A stretch of DNA of 64,000 nucleotides from Lama glama (GCA_028534125.1 CM052818.1:15998001-16062000); one strand, 5' to 3'; positions 24,434-38,128 are shown, numbered from the stretch's first letter. The notes: generated from the letters alone by a model not told the origin. A program made the numbers and translations.

Positions 24434-27410
24434 CACAAATAAGCAAAATAAGAAAGGAAAATGGAGAAATTATAAGAAATAACATAGAAATACAGAATAT
24501 CATACAAGAATATTATGAAAAACTATATGGAAGCAAAATGGACAACCTAGAGAAGATGGACAAGTTTCTGGAAACATACTGTCCACCAAGACTGAATCAA
24601 GAAGAAACTGACCACTTCAACAAACTGATCACTAGAAATGAAATCGAATTAGCAATAAAAAAAATCTCCCTACAGATAAAAGTCCAGGACTGGATGGCTT
24701 CACAGGTGAATTCTTACAAACGTACAAAGAACTCATACCAGTCCTTCTCAAACTCTTCCAGAAGACTGAAAAGGAGAGAATACTCCTAAATTCATTCTAT
24801 GAAGCCACCATCACCCTGATACCAAAACCAGGCAAAGACCCTCCCAAAAAAGAGAATTACAGACCAATATCACTGATGAACATGGATGCAAAAATCCTTA
24901 CAAAAATATTAGCAAACAGAATTCAACAGCACATAAAAAGATTATACATCATGATCAAGTGGGGTTCATCCCAGGGACACAAGGATGGTTCAACATATGC
25001 AAATCAATCAATGTAATACATCACATCAACAAGAGAAAGGACAAAAACCACATGATCATCTCAATAGCTGCAGAAAAAGCTTTTGATAAAATTCAACACC
25101 CATTTATGATAAAAACTCTCACCAAAATGGGTATAGAGGGAACATATCTCAACATCATAAAAGCTATATATGACAAATCTACAGCCAGCATAGTACTCAA
25201 TGGTGAAAAACTCAAAAGCTTCCCCCTAAAATCTGGGACAAGACAAGCCTGCCCACTATCACCACTCCTGTTCAACATAGTCTTGGAAGTCCTAGCTACA
25301 GCAATCAGGCAAGAGAGAGAAATAAAAGGGATCTAAATTGGAAAAGAAGAGGTAAAAGTGTCACTATATGCAGATGACACGATACTATATATAGAAAACC
25401 CTAAAAGGTCCACACAAACTACTAGAAATAATTGAAGAACTCAGCAAGGTAGCAGGTTACAAGATTAATGTACAAAAATCAGTTGCATTTCTTTACAATA
25501 ACGATGAATCAACAGGAGGAGAAAATAAAGAAACAATCCCCTTTAAAATAGCACCCAAAGTAATAAAACACCTAGGAATAAATCTAACTAAGGAAGTGAA
25601 AGACTTATACACGGAGAACTATAAAACATTGAGTAAGGAAATTAAAGAAGGCTTAAAAAAATGGAAAGATATCCCATGCATCTGGATTGGAAGAATCAAT
25701 ATTGTTAAAATGGTCACACTGCCCAAGGCAATCTACAGATTTAATGCAATCCCCATCAAATTACCCAGGACATATTTCACAGAACTAGAACAAATCATAA
25801 TAAAATTTATACGGAACCACAAAAGACCTAGAATTGCCAAAGCATTACTGAAGGAAAAGAATGAGGCTGGAGGAATAACTCTCCCAGACTTCAGAAAATA
25901 CTACAGAGCTACAGTCATCAAGACAGCACAGTATTGGTACAAAAACAGACATATGGACCAATGGGACAGAATACAGAGCCCAGAAATGAACCCACAAACT
26001 TTTGGTCAACTGATCTTCAACAAAGGAGGCAAGAATACACAATGGAATAAAGACAGTCTCTTCAGCAAATGGTGCTGGGAAAACTGAACAGCAGCATGTA
26101 AATCAATGAAGCTAGAACACTCCCTTACACCATACACAAAAATCAACTCAAAATGGATCAAAGACTTAAACATAAAACAAGATACAATAAACCTCTTAGA
26201 AGAAAACATAGGCAAAACATTATCTGACATACATCTCAAAAATGTTCTCCTAGGGCAGTCTACACAAGCAATACAAGTAAAAGCAAGAATAAACAAATGG
26301 GACCTAATGAAACTTACAAGCTTCTGCACAACAAATGAAACCATAAACAAAACAAAATGACAACTTACGGAATGGGAGAAAACTTTTGCAAATGATGAAA
26401 CTGACAAAGAATATATAAGCAGCTCATACAACTTAATAAGAAAAAAACAAACAAGCCAATCCAAAAATGGGCAGAAGACCTAAACAAGCAATTCTCCAAG
26501 GAAGAAATACAAATGATCAATAGGGACATGAAAAAATGCTCAATGTCACTAATTATCAGAGAAATGCAAATCAAAACTACGATGAGGTATCACCTCACAC
26601 CAGTCAGAATGGCCATCATTCAAAAGTCCACAAATGACAAATGCTGGAGAGGCTGTGGAGAAAAGGGAATCCTCCTAAACTGCTGGTGGGAACGCAGTAT
26701 GGTGCAGCCACTGTGGAAAACAGCATGGAGATTTCCCAAAAGACTAGGAATAGATTTACCATATGACCCAAGAATCCCACTCCTTGGCATATATCCAGAA
26801 GAAACCCTACTTCAAAAAGACACCTACACCCCAGTGTTCATAGCAGCAGTATTTACAATAGCCAAGACATGGAAACAGCCTAAATGTCCATCAACAGATG
26901 ACTGAATAAAGAAGAGGTGGAATATTTACACAATGGAATTCTATTTAGCTATAAAAATGACAACATAATGCCATTTGCAGCAACATGGATGTCTCTGGAG
27001 AATGTCATTTTAAGTGAAGTAAGCCAGAAAGAGAAAGAAAAATACCATATGAGATCACTCATATGTGAAATCTAAAAAAGAAAGAAACAAACAAACAAAC
27101 ACACAAACAAACAAACATAAATACAGACCAGAAACAGACTCATAGACACAGAATACAAACTTGTGGTTGCCAGGTGGGCAGGGGGTGAGAAGGGATAGAG
27201 TGGGAATTTGAAATTTGATACTGACAGGTATATATAAACAGATAAACAAGATTATACTGTATAGCACAGGGAAATATATACAAGATCTTGTGGTAGCTCA
27301 CAAAAAGAATGCAACAATGAATATATGTATGTTCATGTATAACTGAAAAATTGTGCTCTACAGCAGAAAATGACACAATATTGTAAAGTGACTATAACTC
27401 AATAAAAAAA
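24434..27410 (+). mobile_element. 5'-truncated young LINE-1 (ORF2 linker, RT, C-terminal domain, 3' UTR), inactivated
   Basis: ORF2 peptides ([33 protein letters not shown]) with frameshifts. Stops at 25334-25336, 26085-26087 and 26358-26360. AATAAA at 27401. Probable TSD AAAAGTTTTA at 24424-24433 / 27407-27416 (the right copy may overlap the L1 tail). Confidence 0.97.
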
Positions 27411-27679
27411 GTTTTAAAGTGTTTATAATATTTTAAAATTCATTTACTGTAATATCATATATGTTGGATTTTTTTATGACTGCTATTTTTCAAAATTCTT
27501 TGGTCATTTAAATAAATTTTAGGAAGTAGTTGCTAAGCTAGTAGGCTAAATTTATGGTATGGAAATAAAAAAAATTCTTGAAATTATTGCAAAGTTTATG
27601 CTCAAAATTGTACTGTTTTAATTTGTATTCTAAGTTATATTTTATTTTCTATTATATTATATAATTACCACATTAGTTG

Positions 27680-27900
27680 TAATCAGGGAATGCAAAGATG
27701 GTTTAATGTAATTTTCTACATTAATGAATTGGAGAAGGAAAATCATATTATCATTTCAGTAGATGCAGAAAGGTTAACTCATAAAATTCAATACCATTTA
27801 TGATTTTTTAAAAAGGCACTTAGTCAACTAGGGAATTTAGTTAAGCTGCTTAAGGATATTTACCAAAACAAAAAAGACAAAGCAATTATTATAATGAAGA
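27680..27900 (+). mobile_element. Old L1M ORF2 (RT) fragment
   Basis: gggaatgcaaagatggtttaa...atcatttcagtagatgcagaaa (IISVDAE motif). Confidence 0.7.
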
Positions 27901-30900
27901 AAATTGGGAGAATTTACTTTTAAATAAGAAATGAATGAGAACTTTAATGTCACTGCTGATATGGGGTGTAGACACACATGTAGTGTAGTCATACAGTAAG
28001 GTTTTCTGGAGGAAGATCACAGCAGTAGGGGTGACTAGGTGGACTGATAAAAATTCTCTGGCCATTCTGAGGAAAGGAGTGCCACGCAGGGTGCATTTCT
28101 GTAATAAACCTAATTTAAGTTTTCTTAATGATGTTTGAGAAGCTAGATGACTCATTTTGGTAATGCCATATCTAGAGACGGTATACATTTGCTTCTGCCA
28201 GACATCAGAGGTTCCCCACCACCAAGGCTGGGACCACTCCCTTTGCAGAACTCAGTTAAAATGCAAGAATCTCAGGTTTATCTTCCCCCATGTTGCTGCT
28301 GGACCCAACTATAATACATACTCTTATTGGTATATGTAGTTTTTATATAATTTTTTTAAGGAGATTCTTGAGTATTTTCCTTATTTTTCATGAAAGCCCA
28401 CCAAGGTGTTTTGTAGTGAGATGTTCCCTCATAGTAACCGGCCCCTTTTTGTTTGTTTGTTTCTTTTTTTTTTTTTAAGCATTTTAATATGGGAAATTTC
28501 AAATATATACATAAGAAAACAGAATAATATAAATCTCATGCAACTATCACTCAGGTTCTGTAATCACCTTTAACTCAGAGACAAACTTGTTTCAGTTCAT
28601 ATATAGATATATTTGGTTATATATAGATAAATACGACCCACTTTCCCCATCTTGAATTACTCAAAATAATACTGGATATCTCACTGACTACCATATGTAT
28701 GGGTCAGGGGTTTTCAGTCTATGCTCTAGCATGATATTTACAGAAGATGATTTTCAAATGAGTGATACAATCTACGTATGTGGCCACTTACAGAGCATAG
28801 CATGGGTCCTGTTACATAAATATGTTTAAATAGATAGTTCATGCATACAATTATGCACAATTCTAAGCTGATTAGCTTAAAACCGATGCTCATCTCTCCC
28901 ACTCAGGAAAAATATTGAAATGCAAGTAAATGACAGCAGTGTTACAAGCATAATCTTTAATCAGAACCAATATACAAGAAAAAAGCATAACATTCTTTAT
29001 GATAAACATTGTATTATGTAAGAAAGTATACATACTATTGCATAAGGTATAATATGGTGGGTTTATTTAATAGGCTGCATTAAAGATAGTAAAACATTAA
29101 GATCAGAAAGCAGCTTTCTTATTCTATTCTCTGCCCTCAAACCTATCTTTCGTAGCTCCCTTTCCAACAACTGGTAACATCTCTGGCAGATATCATAGCT
29201 TACCAAGCACTTAAAACTATAACATCAACTCCATTATTTTTTGGTACTAAAAATCAGGTTAGTGATCATCCTCGTCCTCTTACTTGAGAACTGTAGGGAA
29301 GGGACATGTGGTCTTAGGCCTTTTCTTTCCATCTTTATGCCCAATCTCTTCTCTTTTATGTTTTTCCCTAACCATTCCCCACTACTCAGGGCCTGGGATT
29401 CAGGGCAGGGAGAAAGAATGAGACTTAGATAGTATTTGTACTTTTCACCTTTTGGTTAAAAGTCCTGCTTCATGGCAACATCCCAATACCGAATCATTTT
29501 AGAGGGAACATAATTTTTTTTTTTTTTCAGATCTCAGGAGGTACCTCCACACTGTAAAATTATTTGACATGGGTAAAAAAAGCAAGGTGGAACTGAACTT
29601 GATTCTGCACCTACTCCCTCACTCTCCTGCCTGGCTATTGTGTCTGGATTGTCTCCTGTCTCTAGACTTTTCTAGGTGAGAGTCAGATATCAACCTCAAT
29701 CTTTTCAAATTCCAGACAATTGCTGTCAAGTTTTTAAAGAATTGTATCTCACATTATCTGGATTTCAGCACAGGGTGATCTAGAATTTTCTGCATGGAAT
29801 CTAATGCAGCTGTAGAATAGGAGGGTAGCTCCCCTAATCTCTCCCAGTGGGTGCCTTGGGCACCCCTCTCATGTGGCATAGGTGAGAGTCCCTTCTACTC
29901 AAAAGGGGATGGGAGAGGAAATTAGCAGTGCTCTCCAGGCCTGCGCACTTCTTCTAAGCATTCACTTTCTCTAATAACGTGTCAGTTCTCAACAAATAGC
30001 CTGGAAGAGAGTGAGGGGACAGATCAGCTTAGGTATCCAATAATGTGAAGCAGTTCTTTCTTGCTAGGAAATTTCATATCCATCATTATTAATTTTGATG
30101 CCAAGAGACAAAAGGAAATAATTATAATTAATGTTGTAATTATTACACAGTTTTTGCAATTTTCCTCACAAATGGTCTTGGTCTGACTGTGACACAGCAC
30201 CCTAGACTGTATACAGAAGAGCAGCTTGGTTTATACGGCTAGAGAACAAGCAATTTACCAGCAACTGATTACTTTCTAGGTGCTGGTACTACGTTAACCA
30301 CTTTCACAGGCCATCTCATGTAATCTTCAAAATAATATTAAAAATAATATCATGAGGCAGATATAAAGTTTTATATTTATCGCCCCTTAATAAAGTCCAT
30401 TTAGAACACATAAATTGCTTACTATTGCAGTTAGCTGAACGAGGATGTGAACTCAAGAATGTTTGAATATTGGATCTGTCATGTTAAAAAGTATAGTAAA
30501 CTGTGAATGGCTTTTGGCTGCATGATACGTCTTGAAACAAGGTCTTGTGTGTTTGCTATGCTTTGAGAGTTGTTAACCTGATCATATAGTCATTCTTGTG
30601 GGAATAAAATGATTTTCTAATCTCTTGGATTTTTAAACTAAAAAAATATATACCATTTTTCCCTTTCAGGAGGAGGCTAACATATCTTATAATATTCTTA
30701 GAGATGCATGTGGTGAAAAAAATTTATATAATTTTTATTTCTAGCATTGCTTCTTTCTCTAAGCTTGGACTCCTATTCCAGAAAAGTAGAAGGGTTAGGA
30801 TACTTATATGATTCTTAACACATCTTCAACAATAAACATTTATTTGGCAATTTTTATATACAAAACACTGTGCTAATTATCAGAGAACTACCAAAACACA

Positions 30901-31519
30901 AATAAATTTATGACATGATCTCTGGCCTCATGGATAATTTGAATGAATCCATGAATAATTTAGTTTAAAATGACATGAACCTTATATAAAAATACAAGGT
31001 AGCCTACCATAAGTTTCTACAGTAAAGGCAATAAATGCTTTAAATGTTCGAGAATTGAATTGAATCTGTATGGGCTTTTCACTCAGGAAAAACTTCCTAA
31101 TCAGGATTCTTAATTATTGGCTATTACATAAACAAATAATGGTCATGAGAGGAGAAAGAAGTTTCATACAAAGAAGACAATGAAGTACTAAATATAAGGC
31201 CAGGCTTGCACAGATCGTCTTTGAAGAAAGCCACTCATGGTCCCTTGTTGTAAAGCAGTAGAGATGAATTTGGAGAACTTGGTTAAGACCTAGTTTTTAA
31301 AGGTCTTAAATAACTTCTTAAATGTGGAATAACTCAAGGATCATTAGTGTGAGAAGAATACATTTAATAATATTAGGCTAGTTTCTGAAGGAGAAAATAA
31401 CAGGAAGCTATTTATAGAAAATAAAACAGTTGTAGGAATCTAAACTTCCTGTTTGTGTCATTAACAAGCTTATCCTTATTTATACTCACGTTCCTGTTTT
31501 TCCTCCTAAGGCAGAAGGG

Positions 31520-31730
31520 ACTGGTGATTTAGAACACACACATGAGAGCCAGACTGCCTGGGTGGACCCTCTGTGCATTAGTTCTCTCATTAGCGACCTG
31601 GGCATAATAACAGTACTATCTCATAGGGTTGTTCTGTGCATTAAATGAATTAATATGTGTTATTAACTAATAATAACTATGCATTAAGTATCTAGATGAG
31701 TGCCTAACTCAGTGTTAGCTATCATTATCA
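31520..31730 (+). mobile_element. MIR SINE
   Basis: gagccagactgcctgggt...ataataacagtactatctcatagggttgtt...attaaatga. Confidence 0.75.
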
Positions 31731-31932
31731 TTTCTCAAGTAAACTTTAAAAGATTCGAAGGTTTGTAACAGGTAGTTGAAAGACTCAAGATTTTCTTGTT
31801 ATCTTCCTATTTCAGAGACTTCCAACAATTATTTACCACTAGAACAATTTACTCAAGGTCTATAAACCTAAAACTTCTCCTCCATTAAAAGGAAATAGCA
31901 GTTTAAAAAAAAAAACCCGAAACGGAATAGTA

Positions 31933-32520
31933 GTTACTCATCTTATACAACTGACACTTTATATTCCTTGAACAGCTTCCCATTTCATTGCTCCCTCAGC
32001 CCCTGGCAACCAGTATTCTATTCTCTCCTTTGATGGGTTTGATTCTTTTAGATACCTCCTTAAGTGGAATCATATAATACTTGTCCTTCTGTGACTGGCT
32101 TATTTCACTTAGCATAATTTTCTCCAGATTCATCCATGTTGTCACAAACGGCAAGATTTAGTTCTTTTTAAGGTTGCATAATATTCTATTGTATGTAAAT
32201 ACCATCTGCTATACAACATAGTGCTTATAGTTATGATACTGTCTTATAAACTTAAAAAATTGTTAAGAGTAGATTTCATGTTAAGCATTCCTAAGAAAAC
32301 ACACACATATACACATAAAACAAAACAGAACAGAACATAGCAAAACAGAACAAAGCAAAACAAAACATCAAAAGGGTACATGGAAAGTTTTGGAGTGATG
32401 GATATGCCTATTACCTTGCTAGTGCTTTCATAGGCGTATATGTATGTGCAAACTCATCAAATTGTATACTTTAAATGTATGCAGTTTTTGTATATCAATT
32501 ATACCTCAATAAAGCTGTTG
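31933..32520 (+). mobile_element. L1MA/MB-type 3' end with 5' inversion
   Basis: 31933-32204 is antisense L1 ORF2 end/3' UTR. 32205-32520 is the immediately downstream L1 3' UTR in sense orientation, ending at aataaagctg. Confidence 0.85.
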
Positions 32521-32637
32521 GGAAATGGGGAAATAGTAAAATTGCTATGTATTTTGTATAAAAATTTGAAAACTAAGTAATGTATCACTGAGGCCTGATG
32601 CATGATAGGTCCTCAGTCATTGTCAAGTTTTTATTTC

Positions 32638-33296
32638 TGTATCTGTCAAAGTTCAGCCAGGAAAACAGAAAGCACAACAGTTACTGTAGCAGAGAAAACG
32701 TTAGTATAAATGTTTATTTAGTCAGGTATTGAAAGCTAAAATGGAAAAAAAAAAACCTGAATTTTTTTACAGAAATTATAAGTACAGAAAGCAGCTACTT
32801 ATCCCTATGGTGGGGGAAGCAAAGGAAAGCAGTTCAGGTTGGCCCAGCCCTCTGAGGAGGTGGTGTTACCCTGCTGTTGTATCAGTCAGTATCTAGGAGA
32901 ATGCATCAAACAGAGCTAGGACTCAGACCTCTGAGGAAAGGGGTATAGGTCTTAGGATACTTCTGTCTCTAAAGACATGTGATGTACCAGGTCTAGGAAT
33001 GAGGGAGAAACTGGAAGCTATTTGCAGCAACTTAACCAACTGTCTTTGCTTTGGCAAAGAAGAACCATAGAAAAGGTAGTGCAAACAAGAAGAAACCAAC
33101 AAAAATGAGCAAGTCCTTTATCTTTAATCCTCCTCCAGCCATCCAGTTTCTCTCTATCACCTCCTATTGACAGAATTTAAAATGGAGACAGCTGGTAAAA
33201 GAGACATGGGGTTTGCTGTCCTTATACTAGCATCAGGGCAGAATATAGATAGATATAGGTTTGAAGTTGAGAAACAGTGATTTAATAATTCCCACA
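32638..33296 (-). mobile_element. Old LTR (ERVL/ERV1 class)
   Basis: tgtatctgtcaaagttcagccaggaaaacagaaa...tttatt start and aataattcccaca end. Confidence 0.6.
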
Positions 33297-33841
33297 TAGT
33301 TTTGCTCTCTTGATCTACTAGTTTGTCACATCATAGTTGTATAAATACACAACAAAATATATGTGTCAGTGTGTGTATATATATATATATATATGTGTGT
33401 GTGTTGCATTCACAGGGTTTACAACAGAGTAAATACTTTTGAGGGAGCACAAAACTCTGGAATTTATATACTTTTACCATTTTGCGAGGATTTCTTCAGT
33501 TTAAAAATGATGGAAGTGAACTCAATTCATCTCGTATGTTCATACAAAGTGATTCAATTATTTTCTTATTTTATTAGGAACAAAATACTAAAATAATGCT
33601 ACTGTTAAAACTAATGTGAAAATCTAAATTGTTACCATGTAGTCCAAAGGCCACTGGACAGAGACAGAGATAAAAGGGAGAGACTGAGAGTTAAGAGAAC
33701 TGAGTTTTGTTCAAAGTGTTGCTAAATGTAGTAAATCCTGTTTGGAGGTATAACAATGCAGAGAGCTTCAGAGAAGTCACAAAAAAAATACCTTGCTCTC
33801 TTAACACAAAAGCAAACCTAAATACTCTCATTCAAAAGGTA

Positions 33842-34150
33842 CCTGTGAACCACCAGTTTGTGTCCTGTATCTATGAGTCTGTTTATTTTTTGTTTTGTTT
33901 GTTCATTTGTTTTATTTTTTCAGACTCCACATATAAGTGAGATATATGGTATTTGTATTTCTCTGTCTGACTTGTCTCACTTAGAATAATCCCCATGAGG
34001 TCTACTCATCTTGTCACAAATGGCAAGATTTCATTCTTTTCTATGACTGACTGATATTCTATTGTATATAAATACCACATGTTCTTTATCCATTCATTTA
34101 TCAATGGACACTTAAGTTGCAAGACACTATTATAAACAGCGCTACAGTGA
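33842..34150 (-). mobile_element. L1 3' UTR/ORF2-end fragment
   Basis: tatctatgagtctgttt...cagactccacatataagtgagat...ttctctgtctgacttg is antisense L1. Confidence 0.85.
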
Positions 34151-35137
34151 CTCCCAATTTTATCTTGTTGGTAATAAGCCATTTAATCATATTGATAAGA
34201 AGAGATTTAATCCCATAGACTGTGATTAAATCTATACAAATTTATATGAATTTATATTAACTTATATAAGTTGTCTGAACTTCATTATGTTATTTATAAC
34301 ATATTCGATGTTGTCTGTATGTATGTTTATAATTATTTAAAACGTATACCAAGATACCTTTAATACCTAAAACAATTGTATCTAAATAACCTTTGCCTTT
34401 AACATTAATGCAATTACTTATCCTCTTCTTTAGAGGATACGAGCTGTTGCATGCTAAGTCACTTATCATTTGCCTTTTCTACTTCTTCCTGGATGATTGC
34501 CTGCTTTTAAATGATACCTACTGCTTTGAAGCCCTCCGTATGTTCTAGTTCTATTTTTTCCTACTCTTTGAGTACATGTTGTTTTAGTAAGAGAGAGAAA
34601 ATGTAGTAACAAGCTATGATTGATAAAAATATGTCACCTATTGAACCACTTACACAAATGGTATTAATATACTTTCTACATACACAATAGATGGAGTTTA
34701 GGAGAAACACGATGATGTAACAAGAAAACGGTGACAGGAAAAAGGTGTACTCTCTGAAAGGTCTGTGAACAAATGGGTTTTCCAACTCATCCATATGTCA
34801 ACAAAATATAAATAATATGAATGCTTTGGACAACTGAAAAGCTCTAAGCAATTAAAAAAAGCATACATAACAATCAGCAAGAACATTAAATATACTTCTT
34901 CAAGACCACAATTTCCAGTTTTCTAATTTTAATTTGATTTAAATTTTCTTATACCACTCTCAGTAAACATTTCATCCAAAAGTCACTGCAATTCTTTAAG
35001 TAGTGCAAAATAATTTCCTTATGACCAAAGATACTGAGAAAATGCTCTCTTTTTTTGTTAACCATTTTCTTATACTTGCCATTTTGGTAAAGAGGGAGAG
35101 GAGGAAAAAATTAATACATAATGTTGCTGCTAGGTAT

Positions 35138-35440
35138 CTGTGTTAGTCAAAGTAACTAATTTTTATAACAGTCTCAAATTTCAATGGCCTATTAAAGCAA
35201 AGGACTATCTCTCCCTTATGTGAGAGTCCAATTGAATATTTGTGGCTAGTCTTCTACCTAGGAGAGGATTCAGCAACTAACGCTTCTTCTAACAGCTCTG
35301 TTCTCCCCTATGGCCACTGGACCTTTGGCCTCTATTAAAGAAACGTGAAGAAAGAGTGTGAGGAAAGTCCTTTTGGGAAACACTATGGTCCAGGTCTGGA
35401 GATGTTTTTCATTCTCCCCACATTCCATTGGCCAGTTGGT
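35138..35440 (-). mobile_element. Old MaLR (MLT1) LTR fragment
   Basis: ctcaaatttcaatggcct...cacattccattggccag motifs. Confidence 0.55.
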
Positions 35441-35557
35441 ATATAAACTTCAGCTGTCTGTACAGTTCCTATGTTGATTTCACTAAATCTTGGTCATGGT
35501 AGGTAAATATTTCCAGAAATTTTTCTTCATGAGAAAACTAAATCTTGAAGACATGTT

Positions 35558-35670
35558 TATGGTTACCAACTCTTCCTGCTTTGCCTGGGACTTTCCTGGT
35601 TTTAAAACTTAAAGTCCTTCATCTCAGGTGCCCCATCCTGTCCAGGTAAATTGGGAGGGCTAATCACTGC
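35558..35670. mobile_element. MER81-like hAT-Blackjack MITE
   Basis: ggttaccaac...tttgcctgggactttcctggtttt...aaagtcc; ~110-bp self-complementary element. Confidence 0.65.
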
Positions 35671-37103
35671 ATACCAGGAAATTCTAGTGTCTGGAGGTCA
35701 AGAGATTGAGCCTGTTTCTGGGTCCATTACAAAAATGCTACGTCTGTCCATGCGAAACTCAATTAACCTTCCCGAGTGTTAGTTCTGAATTTAGAATAAA
35801 ACATTTCTTCCATTTCTAAAACATCATGATTCTATAGGTGGTTGGGCATTCACATGGGAAGGAATGTGGTTAAATGCCTTGACCCTAAATGTCCACAGAT
35901 TAAAATAAAAACAAGTGTTGCCTTATTCACAACGGAAAATGCTATGAGTCAACTACAGCTGCTTTACTGAGGCCATGCGTGGTATAAGCCTGCTGCTGCT
36001 CGCCTCTGGACCAGATGAATATGTCTACAAGGAAGAATGTGTGGTCTAGACAGTTGATAAGAAAACTGATCAAGGTTCCAAAGCATTTGGAAAAAAGACC
36101 AAAAAACCACATATCTGAAAAGGATATAGAAATTTACTTAGAACTGTCTCTGAAATACCTTTTGAATCAGAGTATTTAAGTTCACATTGAGTAAGAGAAC
36201 AAGGTATTTTTGTGACTTCTCTGAAGCTCTCTGCATTGTTACAGCTCCAAAAAGGATTCTTCAATAATGGCCTCAAAGATACCTCAAGCTTCTGGCTTCT
36301 CCCATAGTGGAGTACAGGAGCTTGCAAATATTCAACCATTTTTGACCAAAAGAATCCTGGAGTTTCTCACAGTTCTGCCTGTAACATGGCCTTGCAGCCC
36401 CACCAGTAAAAACACAAATGTAGAACCTACAGAATGTGTGAAACGAGGTCATCTCTGGATTTCTACTCCCAGCAGAAAATCTGAGATACTACCTCCAAAA
36501 GGATAATAATTCACATCAAGTTTTTTCAGTGTGGCTGACATAAGAGAAATCTGTAAGGGCCAAAACATGGAATAAATAAAGCTGTGTTATCCGAAACTAC
36601 AATGGAAATGCACTAAGAGGCAGAGTTATGTTGAGGACAGGTGATGATATTGGTGCAAAGTAGTGTAAACAAAATTTAGAATAAACTGACAATCTGGAAG
36701 GGCGTTAAGAGTGGTCAAAGCTCCAACTGGTTCCTGGAAGAATCAAACTAAAATCTTTCTGAGGACAGCGTACCAAAATATAGATCCCTAGGTTTTCCGT
36801 AGATTAAGAAATAAGATTAAAAAAATATTGAAAATCAAAAATCACCAAAACACAAGGGAACAAACCAATGTGAGTGAGAATCATTAGTAACAAAAACAAA
36901 GGATTTAGATACTCAAGCACTTCAGATAACAGTAATATGAGCTACAGAGTTAATTTAGATTATCTATGCAATAATAACTGCTAATACTCTGCACTTTTCT
37001 AAGTACATCACACATTTGACTAAGCCGCTTTCACAGAAGAAATTGATCAATCTGCCACCTTTTGAGAGACTTCGAGTCATATATCTCCGTTACTTATAGG
37101 AAA

Positions 37104-37500
37104 TGTAGTAGACACTTGTGTGTCCCCACATAATCACAATGTATCCCTAACAACCTTTGATTTCAACTGTAGTGGCCTGATGCCATCCATGCTGAAAGTG
37201 TCTACTCTCAAGATCCAAACAGATGTCTTCGCTTGTCTGTTTTAGGATTTATTTCCTCTAAAATAGTGAGATTTTTTGTTGTTGTTCAACTTGCAACCCA
37301 AAAGTTCAATGGAGGCAGCATCTCCAGAGACAAGCCTCAGCACTGGGGACTATAACTCAGTAGATAAATTATTCAGCTTCCCATACTGGGGAGGAGGAGC
37401 ATCCTGAGGTAGATTCTACACAGTTCCCCAGAGGGTCACCAGTGTGACTGAGCTTCAGTTACCTCTGTGGACAACAGCTTAATAAATCGTCTGTATTAAA
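37104..37500 (+). mobile_element. ERVL LTR (LTR16-like)
   Basis: tgtagtagacac start; ccccagagggtcaccagtgtgactgagcttcagtt...cttaataaa near the end. Confidence 0.6.
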
Positions 37501-37669
37501 TTTGAGGTATTTATTATTCATCCAAGTGGAAATGTTAAATAGACTGATGACTATACATATATGTAGAGATATGAAGAGAGGCTTTGTCTGAGCCTTTCTA
37601 TAAATTTGAGAATTTGTTGCTCTTTATTTCTATATTTTGCAACTAAGGAATTTCAGCTGCGCTCAGACT

Positions 37670-38128
37670 CTTGGTATGCAAAGTGTGGTCCATGGATCAG
37701 TAGCACCAACATTACCTCGGGAAGTCATTAGAAAGGTATAACCTCTACCTAGTCCCTCTCCTGAATAAGAATTTGCACTTTTATAATATCTTCAGGCACA
37801 TATTATGTACATTTAAGTTTGAAAAATGCTGTTCTAGACCTTCAATATGGTAGGCAATAGTCACATGTGGTTTCTGAGATATGCTACTAGTATAAAACAC
37901 ACACCAGATTTCAAAGGCTTAGTATGAAAAAAGTATATATATTTAATGTCTCATTAATAATTTTTATATTGACTTCATGTTGATTACATAATAATATTTT
38001 ATATATACTGGGCTAATAAATATTTTATTAAAATTAATTTCTATTCTTCTTACTCAGTTAATGTGATAACTATAAAATTTGAAATAATGTATGTAGCTCA
38101 CATCATATTTATATTGGAAAATACTTTC
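37670..38128. mobile_element. Adjacent hAT-Charlie MITEs (MER5A-like, then MER33/MER3-like)
   Basis: caaagtgtggtccatggatcag...aagtttgaaaaatgctg, followed by caatatggtag...cacatgtgg...gtagctcacat...tattgga. Confidence 0.7.

Larger units (their letters stand above)
33734..36258. repeat. ~105-bp inverted repeat, arms 33734-33841 and 36156-36258
   Basis: Shared core taacaatgcagagagcttcagagaagtcacaaaaa...ttcaaaaggta on opposite strands. Both arms translate NNAESFREVT in the ORF track. Confidence 0.9.

Noticed and set aside
1521..27410. Two L1 copies as a segmental duplication
   Set aside because: Flanks are unrelated, and truncation points and TSDs differ.
33734..36258. DNA transposon defined by the inverted arms
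   Set aside because: No TSD, no transposase remnant, and the interior is unrelated old repeats and unique DNA.
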